Origin: Squalus acanthias
Taxonomy: Eukaryota
Length of the DNA: 64,000 nt
Reading direction: 5' to 3'
Assembly (NCBI GenBank): GCA_030390025.1
Contig: CM059433.1
Span: 27,778,001-27,842,000 of the forward strand
Shown: one piece after another, positions 38,031 to 51,075 of the stretch
Position numbering within the stretch: the first letter of the stretch is position 1
Layout of the letters: the number at the start of each line of letters is the position of its first letter
The notes under the pieces: generated by a model
What the model saw: only the letters and a program-made list of their open reading frames with translations
What the model was told of the DNA's origin: nothing
Database searches by the model: none
Position numbers and translations under genes: made by a program

Positions 38031-39111
38031 TTTTTTTTCTTTTCTTTCGCTGGAGGCCTGCACAGGGGCTTCAACCCACAATCTTCTGGCTCGGGCAAGA
38101 GTGCTACCACTGAGCCAAGCTGGCACGAGGCACAAGATCAAGCCCAGCTTCCCCAGAAGATTCAAGGTCTCCTGAAGAGCCATCTTAGCAGGATCCCAGG
38201 AATATATTCATCCTTGAGGTCCAGACCTGCAAAGTAATCTGGAGATTCTACTTGGCCGATCAATAAACTTGCCCTTCATTTTAAACCATTTCAAGGTCTT
38301 CGGAATCTACAGAATTTGGAAATACAGGGAAAGGGGATTTTACTCCCATGATCGTTCTGTGGATCTGAGCAGTAATTCCTATACCTTCACACTCTAACCA
38401 AGCTACTGTTCAGGAGAGATTTGGGTCAGAGTCCATGAAATAAAAAGGAAGCTTGATATCCTCCCCCAAAAAATCAGGGTCCATGCGCTTAAAAACCTGA
38501 TGTTCCTCCCCTCACTGTTATTTCTGCCAGTATTAGGTGCATTGGTGATGTACAAATACTTGAGGCAATCAGTTGCCACTACTTACAAAGAATTTACAGC
38601 ACATGCTGGTGTTTATTCTCCACACGAGCCTCCTCCCACTCCAATTACCTCTTCCCATCCTGCCCCAGTATCTCTCTACTCGCTTCTCCCTCATGTATGC
38701 ATCAAGCCTCCACTTAAATGTTGATGCTCTCTGCTTCACCCACTCCATGTGCGAACAAGATCCACATTCTCACCACTCTCTGTATAAAGAAATTCCTCCT
38801 AAATTCTTTACTTGATATTAGTGGACATCTTCTATTTATGGCTTCTTATAACACTTCCGAGCCATTGATCTCTTTCTGGGTACCAGAAATAAAGGGGGAC
38901 ATCAAAGCAGGCAGTCTGGCTTTTTACAAAGTATTACATAGTATTTACAGCACAGAAACAGGCCATTCAGCCCAACAGGTTTATGCTCCACATGAGCCTC
39001 CTCACACCCTACTTCATCTAACCCCAACAATATCCTTTTATTCCTTTCTCCCTCATGTACTTATCTAGCTTCCCCTTAAATGCATCAAATAGCAGGCTGT
39101 TTGGTCAGTTG

Positions 39112-39185
39112 CGTCCCTGGGTGGGCTCGAACCACTAACCCTCCAGTTAATAGTCCATCACGCTGACCCATTGCGCCAGAGAGAG
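39112..39185 (-). pseudogene. tRNA-Asn-derived pseudogene (anticodon GTT changed to ATT)
   Basis: Minus strand CTCTCTCTGGCGCAATGGGTCAGCGTGATGGACTATTAACTGGAGGGTTAGTGGTTCGAGCCCACCCAGGGACG aligns ungapped to vertebrate tRNA-Asn(GTT) as recalled, about 13 mismatches, several in stems. Confidence 0.8.
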
Positions 39186-40347
39186 AGAGAATTCTTCATC
39201 CTGTCCCCCCTGCCTGGCCCCTAGGATGAAAGCTTCCTTTTTAATTCTTCAGCAGGTTTTGTGTAGATGGGCACAGTGCCTACCAGGCTGGACAGTAAAG
39301 TGACAGCGTAAAGGGGGACACAGGTTTTGGTTACTGAGGAAGATCACAGAAATCCAAAAGGAGCTCTGGCAATGACCAGAGACAAAATTGACTGAACTCG
39401 AACTGAGGTAGGCGTCAGTGGGTAGATACCGAGTCACAAATGAGTGTTGAACAAAGCAAATGTTAACAATATCTAAGCATTAAAACTTGCTCAGACTATT
39501 TCTAAAGATAAAACTTTCGAAGAGACTTGTACAGGACTATGGCTATTAGTTACTACATTGATTAACAGATGAAAAGTACTAATGAGGAAAATTAACCTCT
39601 TCTGATGTACAAAACAATTGAGATTGAAGCAATGGAGTCTGGAGAGTGTCCCCTTGATGGTTTAGTGGGTAAGTACACTATGGTGCGTTAACTAAGGCAT
39701 ACAGACCAGAAGGCCCCAAGTTCAATGCTCAGCCTGTGCTGAGTTAGCCCATTCAGCAGAGACTGTGCACTTCTTTGAATACGAGGATAGTTTGCTGTGA
39801 TGTCCTTCCTGGTGGAATAGCCCCCAGGCTCTCTAGGGTCACACATGAACAAGGCTCAATCAGGGGAGGTAAAAAGAGGACTGCAAGTGCCCGTAGAATT
39901 GTAGCCCCTTTAAGTCCCCGGCCTTCAGGAAAGAAAGCAAAGAAAATCAGAGAAAGGAAGTCGGAGTGGTGCTCTTCGGAGCAGGGAGGGTTCAGCTGAG
40001 CAAAACCTCAGGTGAAACAACACAAATTCCTCCAGGGACATCAGAAAACAGTAATCTCTATTTGTGCCTGGAGACCGATACAAATGAGGCAGAATTTAAT
40101 TTCCAACTGAATTTGGGCCCGACATTACCCTGACCATTGCTCGCAAATGTGCAGACACTTCAGCTGGCCGTGTGTCCATTAATATTTCAGAGCTGCCTTC
40201 CTCAGTTTCAGCAAAATAAAATTCCTGATTTCAAACACCACAAATCAACCCGTTAATGGCGTGGAGGTATACAGAATTATCCTAACAATTAATCGGGCAA
40301 CTAACTGGACACAAGGCCGAGAGGTAGATTGAGAAGCGGCACTGTAC

Positions 40348-41819
40348 CTTGAATGATTCCAGTTGTTGGTTGATGACATCCGTTTCCATTCCAACACTGC
40401 CCTGACTCTCCTCATGTTCCTCAGCAATTGCCACCAGTTCACTGAATGTCTTGCTTCGACTGTTGAATTCCTCGACACGAGCAAGGGTGGTTTCCACCTG
40501 CTCCCGTCTGATCGTTGCCCTGTCCAGCAGTTTATTGCACTGTTTGCTTAAAGCATCCAAGTCCCGCTTTAACCCCAGTAAATCTGGAGAACTTGCCGAC
40601 TCCAGCAACTGCTTGCTCTCTTTCTTCGCGCCTTCGATGCTCGTTGTCAGCTCCTGAAGTTTGACGATGAACCCTTGGATGTCGTCCTTCTGGACACGTA
40701 GACAACCCAGGTCCCTTCCCACGGGAGCCATGCTGTCCAGTTCATCGTCGAGGTCGGCAAATAAGGAAAACATCTCCCGGATGTTGTTTTGAAACTGCCC
40801 AATGCCTTGGAGCTTGGTCTCCAAGAAGGAACACCTTTCCCGCACTTGCTGGCTCACTGACCCATAATCCTCCTGCAAGGTGTCGGCCTGCCGCAGTAGC
40901 AAGGACGTGCTTGCTCCGTCTGAGGTACCAGCAGCCAATCTCTGAGCAAGGCGCTTGACGTTCTCCACCTGCGATGTCAAAGCCTGAAGTGCCTTCTGCT
41001 GCGCATTCATGTTGGTCAAGCATTTGTTACTGTACGCCTGGGACCCAAGGGCATCATGGAGCTCAAGTTGCTGTTTGGCTCCATCTAGTTGCTTCTTGGT
41101 ATCTTTGAGAGAATTTTGAAACTCCTTCATGCATTTTGCCATCTCGTCCAGGGAATCTTTTTTGAGGCGGAGCTGTTCGCTGATCAGGTCAACCTTCTGG
41201 TTGACTGAAGCCTTCTCGCTTTGGATATCACCCAGATCGGCCTCACTAGCTTCGACCAAGCTGTCGGCGGCGTTATTTAAAGACTCTAACGCCCTCCGAT
41301 GTTTGTCCACTTCATTTTGTAAAGCTTTAATGTTTGCCAACGAAGACTCGATTTCTGTGGCGTCACTGCAGACTTGTACCCGAGAAGCCTTCGCTTCGCA
41401 TTCCTGTATCCAAGGTAGCAGGTGTTCGACACATTCTCTGTACTTTTGGGCTTTCTGCAAACAGTCCCTCAGCTTCTCTTGTCTGCCTTCTACCTGCTTG
41501 GCCAGCTCTTCCCAGTTGACCCTGAAGGTTCCCAGCCGACCCTGCAAGGCGGCTTTCTCGACCCCCGGCTGCGTATTCTGAAGGAGGGACTCACCTTCCG
41601 CCATGATCATCTCGTAGGACCCAGCTTTCTGGGCCAAGGATTTCCGGAACTCCACCTGCTCGTCGATCAGCAACTGCAGACGGTCAAGTTTCGCAGATAT
41701 GGGAGCCCTTTGGCCCTGCTCACTGCACTTGCCACCCATCCAGGCTTGAAAATCATCGAACATCTGCTGAAACTGCTCGGAATTAGCAAGTGCCGACTGA
41801 AGTTGATGGACTCGATTTC
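40348..41819 (-). CDS. DST: Dystonin-like large internal exon, several spectrin repeats (GNRVHQLQSA...ETDVINQQLESFK)
   Basis: Acceptor TTTTTTTTGTAAAG|GA, donor AAG|GTACAG; 1472 nt, phase 1 to 0, within ORF 40282..42012; LGSQAYSNK, CSFLETKLQGIG, DELDSMAPVGRD, LSKQCNKLLDRA and AEEHEESQG are DST-type, while the first half also resembles MACF1. Confidence 0.92.
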
Positions 41820-41879
41820 CTTTACAAAAAAAATGGCAAAACATTACTTCAAGAAATGTGTAGATTCCCCTGCCCAAAC

Positions 41880-42630
41880 AGAATGATCCAGCATAGGCTT
41901 TCCGTCCCATCGCGCCGGTTCTCTGAAAGAGCTCTCCAATTGGTTGCACTTTCCTGCTCTTTCCCCATAGCCCTGAAAATTTTTCCTTTTTAAGTGTGTA
42001 TCCAATTCCCATTTAAAAGTTACTATTGAATCTGCTTCCACCACCCTTTCAGGCAGTGTATTTCAGATAATAATTTGCTGCGTAAAAAAAATTCTCCTCA
42101 TCTCCCCTCTAGTTCTTTTGCCGATTATCTTAAATCTGCGTCCTCTGCTTACCAACGCTCCTGCCAGTGGAAAAAGTTTCTCTCTATCAAAACACTTGAT
42201 AATTTTGAACACTTATATCAAATCTTCCATTAACCTTCTCTGCTCCAAGAACAACCACCCCAGTTTCTCCAATCTCTCCACATAACTGAAGTCCTTCATC
42301 CCAGGTACCATTCTGGTAAATCTCCTCTGCACCCTCTCCAAGGGCTTGACATCTTCCCTAAAGTGTGGTCCCCAGAATTGGACACAATACGCCAGCTGAG
42401 GCCTAACTAGTATTTTATGAAGGTTTAACATAACTTCCTTGCTTTTGTACTCTAGGCCTCTATTTATAAAGCCAAGGTTCCTGTTTGCTTTTTTAACAGC
42501 TTGATCAACTTGTCGTGCCACCTTCAAAGATTTATGTACATACACCCCCAGGTCTCTCTGTTCCCGCACCCTCTTTAAAATTTAGTTTATACTGCCTCTC
42601 GTCATATTTCCTTCCAAAATGCATCAAAAT
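41880..42630 (-). mobile_element. CR1 LINE 3' fragment
   Basis: ORF 42213..42569 RDLGVYVHKSLK...RPQLAYCVQFW. Confidence 0.85.
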
Positions 42631-43253
42631 TCTTGTATGCTCTTATTTTAACACCAGTTTTATTAAGCTCCATTTTATTCGGATTAACTGGTCATTAATC
42701 CAATAACATTTGTGGTCTCTGTGCAAAATAGCTGCCACGTTTGCCTATACGAGACCTTTCTCACTTCATTAGCAATTCATTGTACCCGAGTGTCTTGAGA
42801 CTTCTGAGACACAAAAAAAACCATAGTTCTAAGCCCTGCCAGTGGGAACTTGTAGCATTTTTAAATAAAAATAGCAACCATAAAATATAGGCGCAATTTA
42901 TAATCAGGTTCAAGGCTAGCAACAGATCAACAAAAATTTTTTTTTTTTTTTTTAATCTAAAAGGTTAAAACCAACCAAAATAGAACAGAAAATGCTGGAA
43001 TTGCATTGTTGGTCAACAAGCATCTGAGAAAAAGTGATCAACACTTTAGACATGTCCCTTCATCACTGCAGTTCAGATAAAGGAGCACGTGAAAATTGTT
43101 AACCTTGCTCTTTCTGGTCCTTTCCAGCACTTTCTGTTGTAACTTCAGATTTCCAGTATTTGCGGCTTTTTAATCTCATCGACCAAGTGAACTTCAACGC
43201 TCTCCCGTAACACACATTCTCGGTTTATTCAACGCGCGAGTTAAACCGCTGAC

Positions 43254-43749
43254 CTGCTCTTTCCTCCAGATCTCGGAACGGCTTCAATACGTTGTCCAAC
43301 TGCCTGCCGAGCTCGGCCTTCAGGTACTGCTCGCCGACGAGGGCCGAGATCTCCTCGCAGAGCGTCCGGGCCTCCTGCACATGCTGCTCCTCCCGCTCCA
43401 GCTCCGACCGGATTTCGCTGGCCACCTCCAGCTGCCGCTTCACAGCTTCGGGCTGGGCGTCGATGGGCGGCTGGCCGGCCAGCTTAATGTCCAGGGCGCT
43501 CAGCTTGCCCGAGAGGTCGCGGACTAGACTTTGGTACTGGGTGCTTTTGACAATGGCCCGGTCGATCAGGTCGGACCGGTTAACCAGCTGCCCCGTCAAC
43601 TTGTCCCACTTTTGTGTCACGGCAGCCAGCTGATCACTCACAGCTCCGCAGGCCGGAGCAGGGTCGTCTGGTCGACTCAAGATGCCTTCAGCCGCCGTTT
43701 TCAACCGCTCGTGTTGTGGCTTTCGAGTCTCAAATTCCTTCAGCAGGAT
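43254..43749 (-). CDS. DST: Dystonin-like internal exon (ILLKEFETRKPQ...QLAAVTQKWDKLTGQL...AIVKSTQYQSL...YLKAELGRQL...LEERA)
   Basis: Acceptor TCTCGTTCCCAG|ATC, donor GCAG|GTCAGC; 496 nt, phase 0 to 1; QLAAVTQKWD, AIVKSTQYQSL and YLKAEL match DST as recalled. Confidence 0.92.
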
Positions 43750-45668
43750 CTGGGAACGAGAGAGAAAAAAAAATATCAACACCAAAAGGAGGAAATCGTT
43801 CGAGGCACCCGTGAAGTGCAGCGGAGACCGATCCCAAGCAGCCAATCTCATCAAGAGCTCCGAGCAGTATGGAACTGCAAGGGTGACGTTTAGGTGGTTT
43901 TATTGTTACAATCATCATCTGAACCCAAATTCACCCCAGGATTCGTGTTTGTCGTTTGTACTATCGTGGGGTGCTGGTGCATTCATATCATCCACCTGTG
44001 TGATTCACGCAATTCTCAAATTGACAAACAGCTCACTGAAAAACTCCTCGAGCAGGATACATTCTACACCCCGTCCTCGAAATGAAGTAGAAATGTAGAG
44101 ATTGGCAATTACATTTATAGCATTGGTGTTGGTGTGATTTGCCTGCTATAAGAATTATATAGAATTTACAGCACAGAAACAGGCCATTCGGCCCAACTTT
44201 GGAGCTCTGGAATTCTCTCCCTAAACACCTCTCCTCCTTTGACGTTCCTTAAAACCTACTTCTTTGACCAAATTTTTAGTCACCTATCCTAATATCTCAT
44301 GTGGCTCGGTGTCAAATTTTGTTTGATTACGCTCCTGTGAAGCGCCTTGGGATGTTTTACTACGTTAAAGGTGCTACATAAATGCAAGTTTTGTTGTTAT
44401 ACTCCACACGAGCCTCCTCCCACCCCTCTCCATCTCACCCTATCTGCATATCCTTCTATTCCTTTCTCCCTCATGTACTTATCTAGCTTAAATGTATCTA
44501 TGTTATTCGCCTCAACTACTCCCTGTGGTAGCGAGTTATAAGAAATGGGTGGCAAATTGTCACGGAACATTTTACTGAAAATTCCTTTTAATTAAAAATG
44601 CGTTTTCGTTTTATTTGAGAATATAAAAGAGAGCTTATCAGTCTCTCCTCACTGTTTGAACCTAATTGGAACTGCACTTGTAAATGGCAGATATTTGTAA
44701 TCTTTTCCCGAGCTGTAAGAATTCCTACCCTGTGAAACACACAATGTAAAGAGAATGGGATGCAGAGAATATTGTTATATTTCCTTCTTTTTCTCTCCAG
44801 CCTGAGCATTGTTCTGGTCTCATATACATGCACAATTTGAAAACATCTGCTCAAAATAGCCGACCTACTTAATGTGTTATGAGCGGCGCCTTTGTAATTG
44901 TCGCCTATGGCAAAGGGAATGGTTAGTGTACTTTGCCTGATATAAGCAGCTGCCCATGATAAGTGTGGATGGTATAAGCGGTGGCCACTGTATTTAAATT
45001 CAGGCATGGCTACCTTCACATTATGATATATTACATACCGCAAGTAACTTAATTCAAATGGTAAAAATCACAATGGTGCACATCCCTGCAGCACTTTATG
45101 ATCCAAGTAACACAATCCTTCTTACACCAGTTAGGAACCTCCCCAACAGCTGGCCTGCAGGTTCTATCTGACCACAGACTACAACTCCAGCATAAGGAGT
45201 GGTGGAACCCTTCACCCCTTGTGCTCACAATGAAGCAGACCTTAAAACGGGCAAGGAAAGTGCAGGGTGAGAACTTCATACCCTCGCAATCTGAAAATAA
45301 GACTAGTAGTACATATAAGATAGTCACTAATAAATCCAAAAGAGAATTCAAGAGAAACTTCTTCACTCAGAGTGGTGAGAATGTGGAACTCGCTACCACA
45401 AGGAGCAGTTGAGGTGAATAGCGGAGATGCATTTACGGGGAAGCTAAATAATTGTATGAGGGAGAAAGGAATAGAAGGATATGCTGATGGGGTTAGATGA
45501 AGTCGGGTGAGAGGAGACTCGTGTGGATCATAAACACCGGCATAGACCCGCTGGGCTGAATGGCCTGTTTCTGTGCTGTAAATACTTTGTGAGGTATTTA
45601 TTACCAATATATTGAAACACCACTGACCTTGTCACCTTATGGAGACCATTCAAATCAGGTTTTCCCAT

Positions 45669-47852
45669 TCATAGAAACAGACATAGAAGATAGGAGCAGG
45701 AGCAGGCCATTCAGCCCCTCGAGCCTGCTCCGCCATTCAATGAGATCATGGCTGATCATCCAAATTCAGTAGCCTGTCCCTGCCTTCTCTCCATATCCCT
45801 TGATCCCTTTAGCTTTAAGAAATATATCTAACTCCTTCTTGAATATATTTAATGAATTGGCCTCAACTGCCTTCTGTGGTAGAGAATTCCACAGGTTCAC
45901 CACTCTCTGGGTGAAGAAATTCCTCCTCATCTCAGTCATAAATGGCTTACCCCTTATCCTTAGACTGTGAACCCTGGTTCTGGAGTCCCCGGCCATCGGG
46001 AACATCCTTCCTGCATCTAGTTTGTCTAGTCCTGTTAGAATTTTATAAGTTTCAATGAGAACCCCTCTCATTCTTCTAAACTCCAGCGAGTATAAGCCCA
46101 ATCGACCCAATCTCTCCTCATTAGTCATTCCTGCCATCCCAGGTATCAGCCTTGTGAATCTTCGCTGCACACCCTCCATGGCAAGAACATCCTTCCTCAG
46201 ATAAGGCGACCAAAACTGCACACAATACTCAAGGTGTGGTCTCACCAAGGCCCTGTACAACTGCAGCAAGATATCCTTGCTCTTGTACTCAAATCCTCTC
46301 ACTATGAAGGCCAACATACCATTTGCCTTCTTAACCGCCTGCTGCACCTGCATGCTTACCTTCAGCGACTGGTGCACAAAGACACCCAGGTCTCGTTGCA
46401 CTTCCCCTTCTCCCAATCTATTGCCATTCAGATAATAATCTGCCTTCCTGTTTTTGACAACAAAGTGGATAACCTCGCATTTATCCACATTATATTGCAT
46501 CTGCCATGCTTCTGCCCAATCACCCAACCTGTCCAAATCATACTGGAGTTTCTCGGCATCCTCCTCACGGCACACACTCCCACCCAGCTTTGTGTCATCT
46601 GTAAACTTGGAGATATTACATCTAGTTCCCTTGTCTAGATCATTAATATATATTGTGAATAGCTGGGGTCCAAGGACCGATCCCTGCGGTACCCCACTAG
46701 TCACTGCCTGCCACTCGGAAAAAGACCCGTTTATTCCAATTCTTTGCTTTCTGTCTGCCAACCAGTTCTCTATCCAAGTCAATACCTTGCCCCAATCCCA
46801 TGTGCCTTAACTTTACACGCAAATCTCTTATGCGGGACCTTATCGAAAGCCTTCTGAAAGTCCAAATACACCACATCCACTGGTTCTCCCTTATCTATTT
46901 ACCAGTTACATCCTCAAAAAATTCCAGTAGATTAGTCAAGCACGATTTACCTTTTGTAAATCCATGTTGACTTTGTCCGATCCTGTCACTGTTTTCCAAG
47001 TGCTCTGCTATTACATCTTTTATAATGGACTCTAGCATTTTCCCCACTACCGATGTCAGGCTTACCGGTCTATAATTCCCCATTTTCTCTCTACCACCTT
47101 TTTTGAATAGTGGGGTAACATTAGCTACCCTCCAATCCATGGGTACTGTTCCAGAGTCTATCGAATTTTGGAAGATGACCAGCACTGCATCTACTATTTC
47201 TAGGGCCACTTCCTTAAGTACCCTAGGATGTAGATTATCAGGCCCTGGGGATTTATCGGCCTTCAATCCCGTCAATTTCCCTAACACTATTTCCCTACAA
47301 ATACTGATTTCATTCAGTTCCTCCCTCTCATTAGACCCTATGTTCCCCGACATCTCTGGGAGGTTATTTGTGTCCTCCTTTGTGAAGACAGAACCAAAGT
47401 ATGTATTTAATTGGTCTGCCATTTCTTTGTTCCCCATTATAAATTCCCCTGATTCTGACTGCAAGGGTCCTAACGCTTGACTTCACCAATCTTTTTCTCT
47501 TCACATATCTATAAAAGCTTTTACAGTCAGTTTTTATGTTCCCTGCAAGCTTACTCTCATACTCTATTTCCCCCCTCTTAATTAGTCCCTTTGTCCTTCT
47601 TTGCTGAATCCTATACTGCTCCCAATCCTCAGGTTTTCTGCTTTTTCTGGCCAATTTATATGTCCTCTCCTTGGATCTTATGCTATCCCTAATTTCCTTT
47701 GTTAGCCACGGTTGAGTCACCTTTTTTGTTTTATTTTTATGCCAAACTGGGATGAACAAATTCTGTAGTTCATTCATGCGATCTTTGAATGTTTGCCATT
47801 GCCTATCCACCGTCAACCCTTTGAGTGACATTCCCCAATCTATCCTACCCAA
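45669..47852 (-). mobile_element. Young CR1 LINE, 5'-truncated, same subfamily as 21168-22472
   Basis: ORFs 45766..46782, 46895..47464 and 47364..47852 carry RT motifs; near-identical protein to the 21372..22397 ORF. Confidence 0.92.
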
Positions 47853-48163
47853 TTCCCTCCCCCACCTCTCTCCAGAGAAGTTACAAGAGGAGCTCCTTCA
47901 AGTTGATTCACTTGACTGAAGGATAAGCTGTCCTCAGAGACCACCCAGTACCATCTGAACCCACCACGCTCTCCAATATCCGAATAGACAGCACTATCCA
48001 GGCAGTATTGCCCCCCTTCCTCCTCATGTATTGAAAGTACCAGGTTCCTGTGTCTGAACCAAGATGAAATGCTTTCTTCAACTCGGACCCTAGACTGAAT
48101 GAGACCCTTATAAATGATGTGACTGCTGAGTCACCTACATTAGAGCTTTCTAGCTTACTGGTA

Positions 48164-48585
48164 CAGTCCCCACCACTTACACTGTCCACACTTACCACGA
48201 GCAGCCACCTATATCGGGGAAATGGTGCTGACCATTTGCCATTACCAGAGGAGTCAATTACAAAGGCACCGCTTAAACCTGGTTTAAATGATGTGCTGAC
48301 CATTTCGGGCAGTTCAATACGTACTTGCTGATTTAAAAATCTGCTGGTTTCAGGCAAAGAGGGGTTTCGAGCAGTTTCAATCATCTGTTCCGTAACTTGT
48401 TAAAGAGCGATTACCTTAGTGATGAGATTCTGGATAACTGCTGACAATTTAGAGAGGCGGTTGCTAAATAGAGATTTGTTATTTTTAAATATGTTGGTTT
48501 CTTTGCTTTTTGGTTTTACCGCCCACCCCGTATAGCGGGCAAATCGTGTCAACACCAACACTCCCGCTATGAGTGGTGAGGACTG
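48164..48585. mobile_element. Tc1/mariner (Tigger/pogo-like) MITE, 422 bp
   Basis: TA|CAGTCCCCACCACTTA ... TGAGTGGTGAGGACTG|TA: inverted termini (2 mismatches in 16) with TA target duplication. Confidence 0.75.
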
Positions 48586-48687
48586 TATTTAGACTCTGAC
48601 GAGGGAGCAGTGGAGCGGAGCTTTGGCATCAAGACATCTTGGAAAGGAATTCCAGAAACTTATGGACCAGCCCTAATCAACAACACT

Positions 48688-48690
<3 letters not shown>

Positions 48691-48757
<67 letters not shown>
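48691..48757. repeat. (GA)n microsatellite
   Basis: Direct observation; shorter (GA)n tracts near 14541 and 51865, (CA)n near 53847, (TA)n near 9146. Confidence 0.95.
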
Positions 48758-48759
<2 letters not shown>

Positions 48760-49009
48760 AGATATCCCCAGGAATCTGGGGTGCTTCTCTTCTCCACTTC
48801 AGCCAAGATCTTTAGTTTTGTTGGTGTTATGACTTTACTCTCTCCAACAGTCACTGGAGACAAAGCAAGCACTTGCACTTTGGGATAACTCAAGAGGAGG
48901 TCGTCAGAGATGCTGAAGGCAGTTTTTGAAGTTAAGAGGAGAAACCAGAGAAACTTGAGGCTCTTTTCATTGGTACTTGCTGTGCTCGCTGACCTAAACC
49001 GGCTCCCTG

Positions 49010-49408
49010 TTAAGCAACGCCTCGATATTAAATTTCTCAAACTTGTTTTCAAATCCCTCCAAGGCCTCGCACCTCCCTATCTCTAATCTCCTCCAGCCCC
49101 ACAACCCTACGAGATATCGGCACTCCTCTAATTCTGCCCTCTTGAGCATCCCTGATTTTGATTCGCTCCACCATTGGCGGCCGTGCCTTCAGCTGCCGAG
49201 GCCCTAAGCTCTGGAATTCCCTCCCTAAACCTCTCCGCCTCTCTACCTCTCTTTCCTCCTTTAAGACGCTCCTTAAAACCTGTGTCTCATCTGCCCTAAT
49301 ATCTCCTTATGTGGCTCAGTGTCAAATGTTGTCTGATAACGCTCCTGTGAAGCGCCGTGGGACGTTTTACTAAGTTAAAGGTGCTATATAAATGCAAGTT
49401 GTTGTTGA
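49010..49408 (+). mobile_element. L2-clade LINE 3' fragment
   Basis: RSTIGGRAFSCRGPKLWNSLP plus tail. Confidence 0.8.
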
Positions 49409-50505
49409 ACAAAGAAAGGTAAGAGATCCGACAGATGTGTGGAAAATGATGAGGGCTTTTGATAAGGTAAATAGGGAAAATCTATTTCAACTAGTCAGTA
49501 AATCAGTAGCTGGAGGGCATACAGTTAAGAGATGGAAAGGTTAGGAGAATTTTTTTTTAAATACGTAGAGGGTTATTAGAATATCCTACCAGAAACAACT
49601 GTGGAAGTAGAATTCTTAATAGCTTTTAAATGGGAAGTGGGTAAATATTTGAAGAAGAATTTATAAGGGTATGGGGTAAGGGCAGGGCAACGGGACTAAG
49701 TTGAGAGCTCTTTCAGAGAGCAACATGTGCATGTTGGCCGAACACCCTCCTTGTGTACTGTAAAATTCTGTAACTCTAAAGCAGAATTGTATTCCAGGTA
49801 TTAAAGAGGCACACACAGATACCAGCTCATCATCAGGGACAATGCTATCACGGGGCTTCTCTGACTCATCAAGAATAATGAGCAACTCCTGCTGACAGCA
49901 GAACAAAAGCAAGGAATGCCTCTGCTTGGAGATGGCCCCTACTTTGTGCAGGGAACTTACATCATTCCACCCCACAGTCATTTTAGACAGTTTTCACAAT
50001 GCCCCCAACTCTCAGTCATGGAGTAAAAAAAATGTTTTGGTATATACAAATTTGCTAAAAGCCGTTGAATGGGCAAGAAGCCACTTTTCTCTGTTTTTAT
50101 CTCATCACTGCTACTTTAATCAGGTAAAAAAAACTTTTAAACAATTGATATTTCCCCATTGGCCGGTAACTTAGAATCATACAGCACAGGAGGCCATTCG
50201 GCCCATTGTGCCTGTGCCGGCTCTTTGAAAGAGCTATCCAATTAGTCCCACTCCCCTGCCCTTTCCCCATAGTCCTGAAAATATTTTTTGTCTCCAAGTA
50301 TATATCCAATTGTCCTTTGAAAGTTACTATTGAATCTGTTTCCACCATTCTTTCAGACAGGGCATGCCAGATCACAACAACTCGCTGCATAAATAAAAAC
50401 ATTTTTAAACATTCTCAACTATTTTGATTTCAAAAGAGATGCCCGTGGCAAAAAACTACCACCAATTAATAATTGTTAAGGCCTGTGAATAATGTCACTT
50501 CTTAC

Positions 50506-50705
50506 CTGAACTTGTTGTTTTTGATTATTCAACATATGTGGATCAATGGAGAGTGGTCCAAGCACGTTCATCATTAATTCCTTTTCAACAAGCCACTGGC
50601 TAAGCTGCACCTCTGCTGTTTCAAACTGAATAAGGAAACTGGACGACTCCTCCAACTTCTGCAACCGTCCAGCGGCCGATTCGCTGACATGTTGCCATTT
50701 TGAAT
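50506..50705 (-). CDS. DST: Dystonin-like internal exon (NSKWQ...[31 protein letters not shown])
   Basis: Acceptor GTCTTTAG|AT, donor CAG|GTAAGA; 200 nt, phase 1 to 0; [19 protein letters not shown] is a conserved DST/MACF1 motif. Confidence 0.92.
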
Positions 50706-50874
50706 CTAAAGACAACAATATTGAAAATGCGTGTTTTTTAAACATTCGTTTGCCAACAAAATTTTCATAAACCAAAACAGCAAACGTCTTCAGAATGGCA
50801 ACACCATTGGGCATTTAATGGGTCACCGCTCTAGTTGGATCAAACTACTCGTAGAGACCGAGGGCGCATACGGA

Positions 50875-51075
50875 GAGAAGGCGAGCGCGCGAGCAAAGAG
50901 CAAGTGGGCGCACAGAGTGAACACAAAGAGAGTGAGAAAGCATGTGCAGAGAGTGAACACAGAGTGAGCGCAGAGTGGGATTGAGCGCAGAGTGGGATTG
51001 AGCGCAGAGCGAGCGCGCACAGAGCAAGCGCAGAGCGGGATAGAGTAGAAAGAGCAAGACAGAGAGTGAGCAGAG
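50875..51075. repeat. Degenerate purine-rich minisatellite (GAGCGCAGAGTGGGATT-like units)
   Basis: Direct observation. Confidence 0.7.

Noticed and set aside
40282..42012. 576-aa ORF as a stand-alone gene
   Set aside because: It is the 1472-nt exon plus intronic read-through, including CR1 sequence at its N-terminus
47908..48384. 158-aa minus-strand ORF ending in ...LRTAYPSVK, superficially like bacterial nuclease-toxin C-termini
   Set aside because: It runs across the boundary of the Tigger-like MITE, has an in-frame stop just upstream and lacks recognisable catalytic motifs; best explained as a chance ORF
50875..51075. Repeat array as CRISPR-like
   Set aside because: Eukaryotic intron; degenerate tandem units without unique spacers
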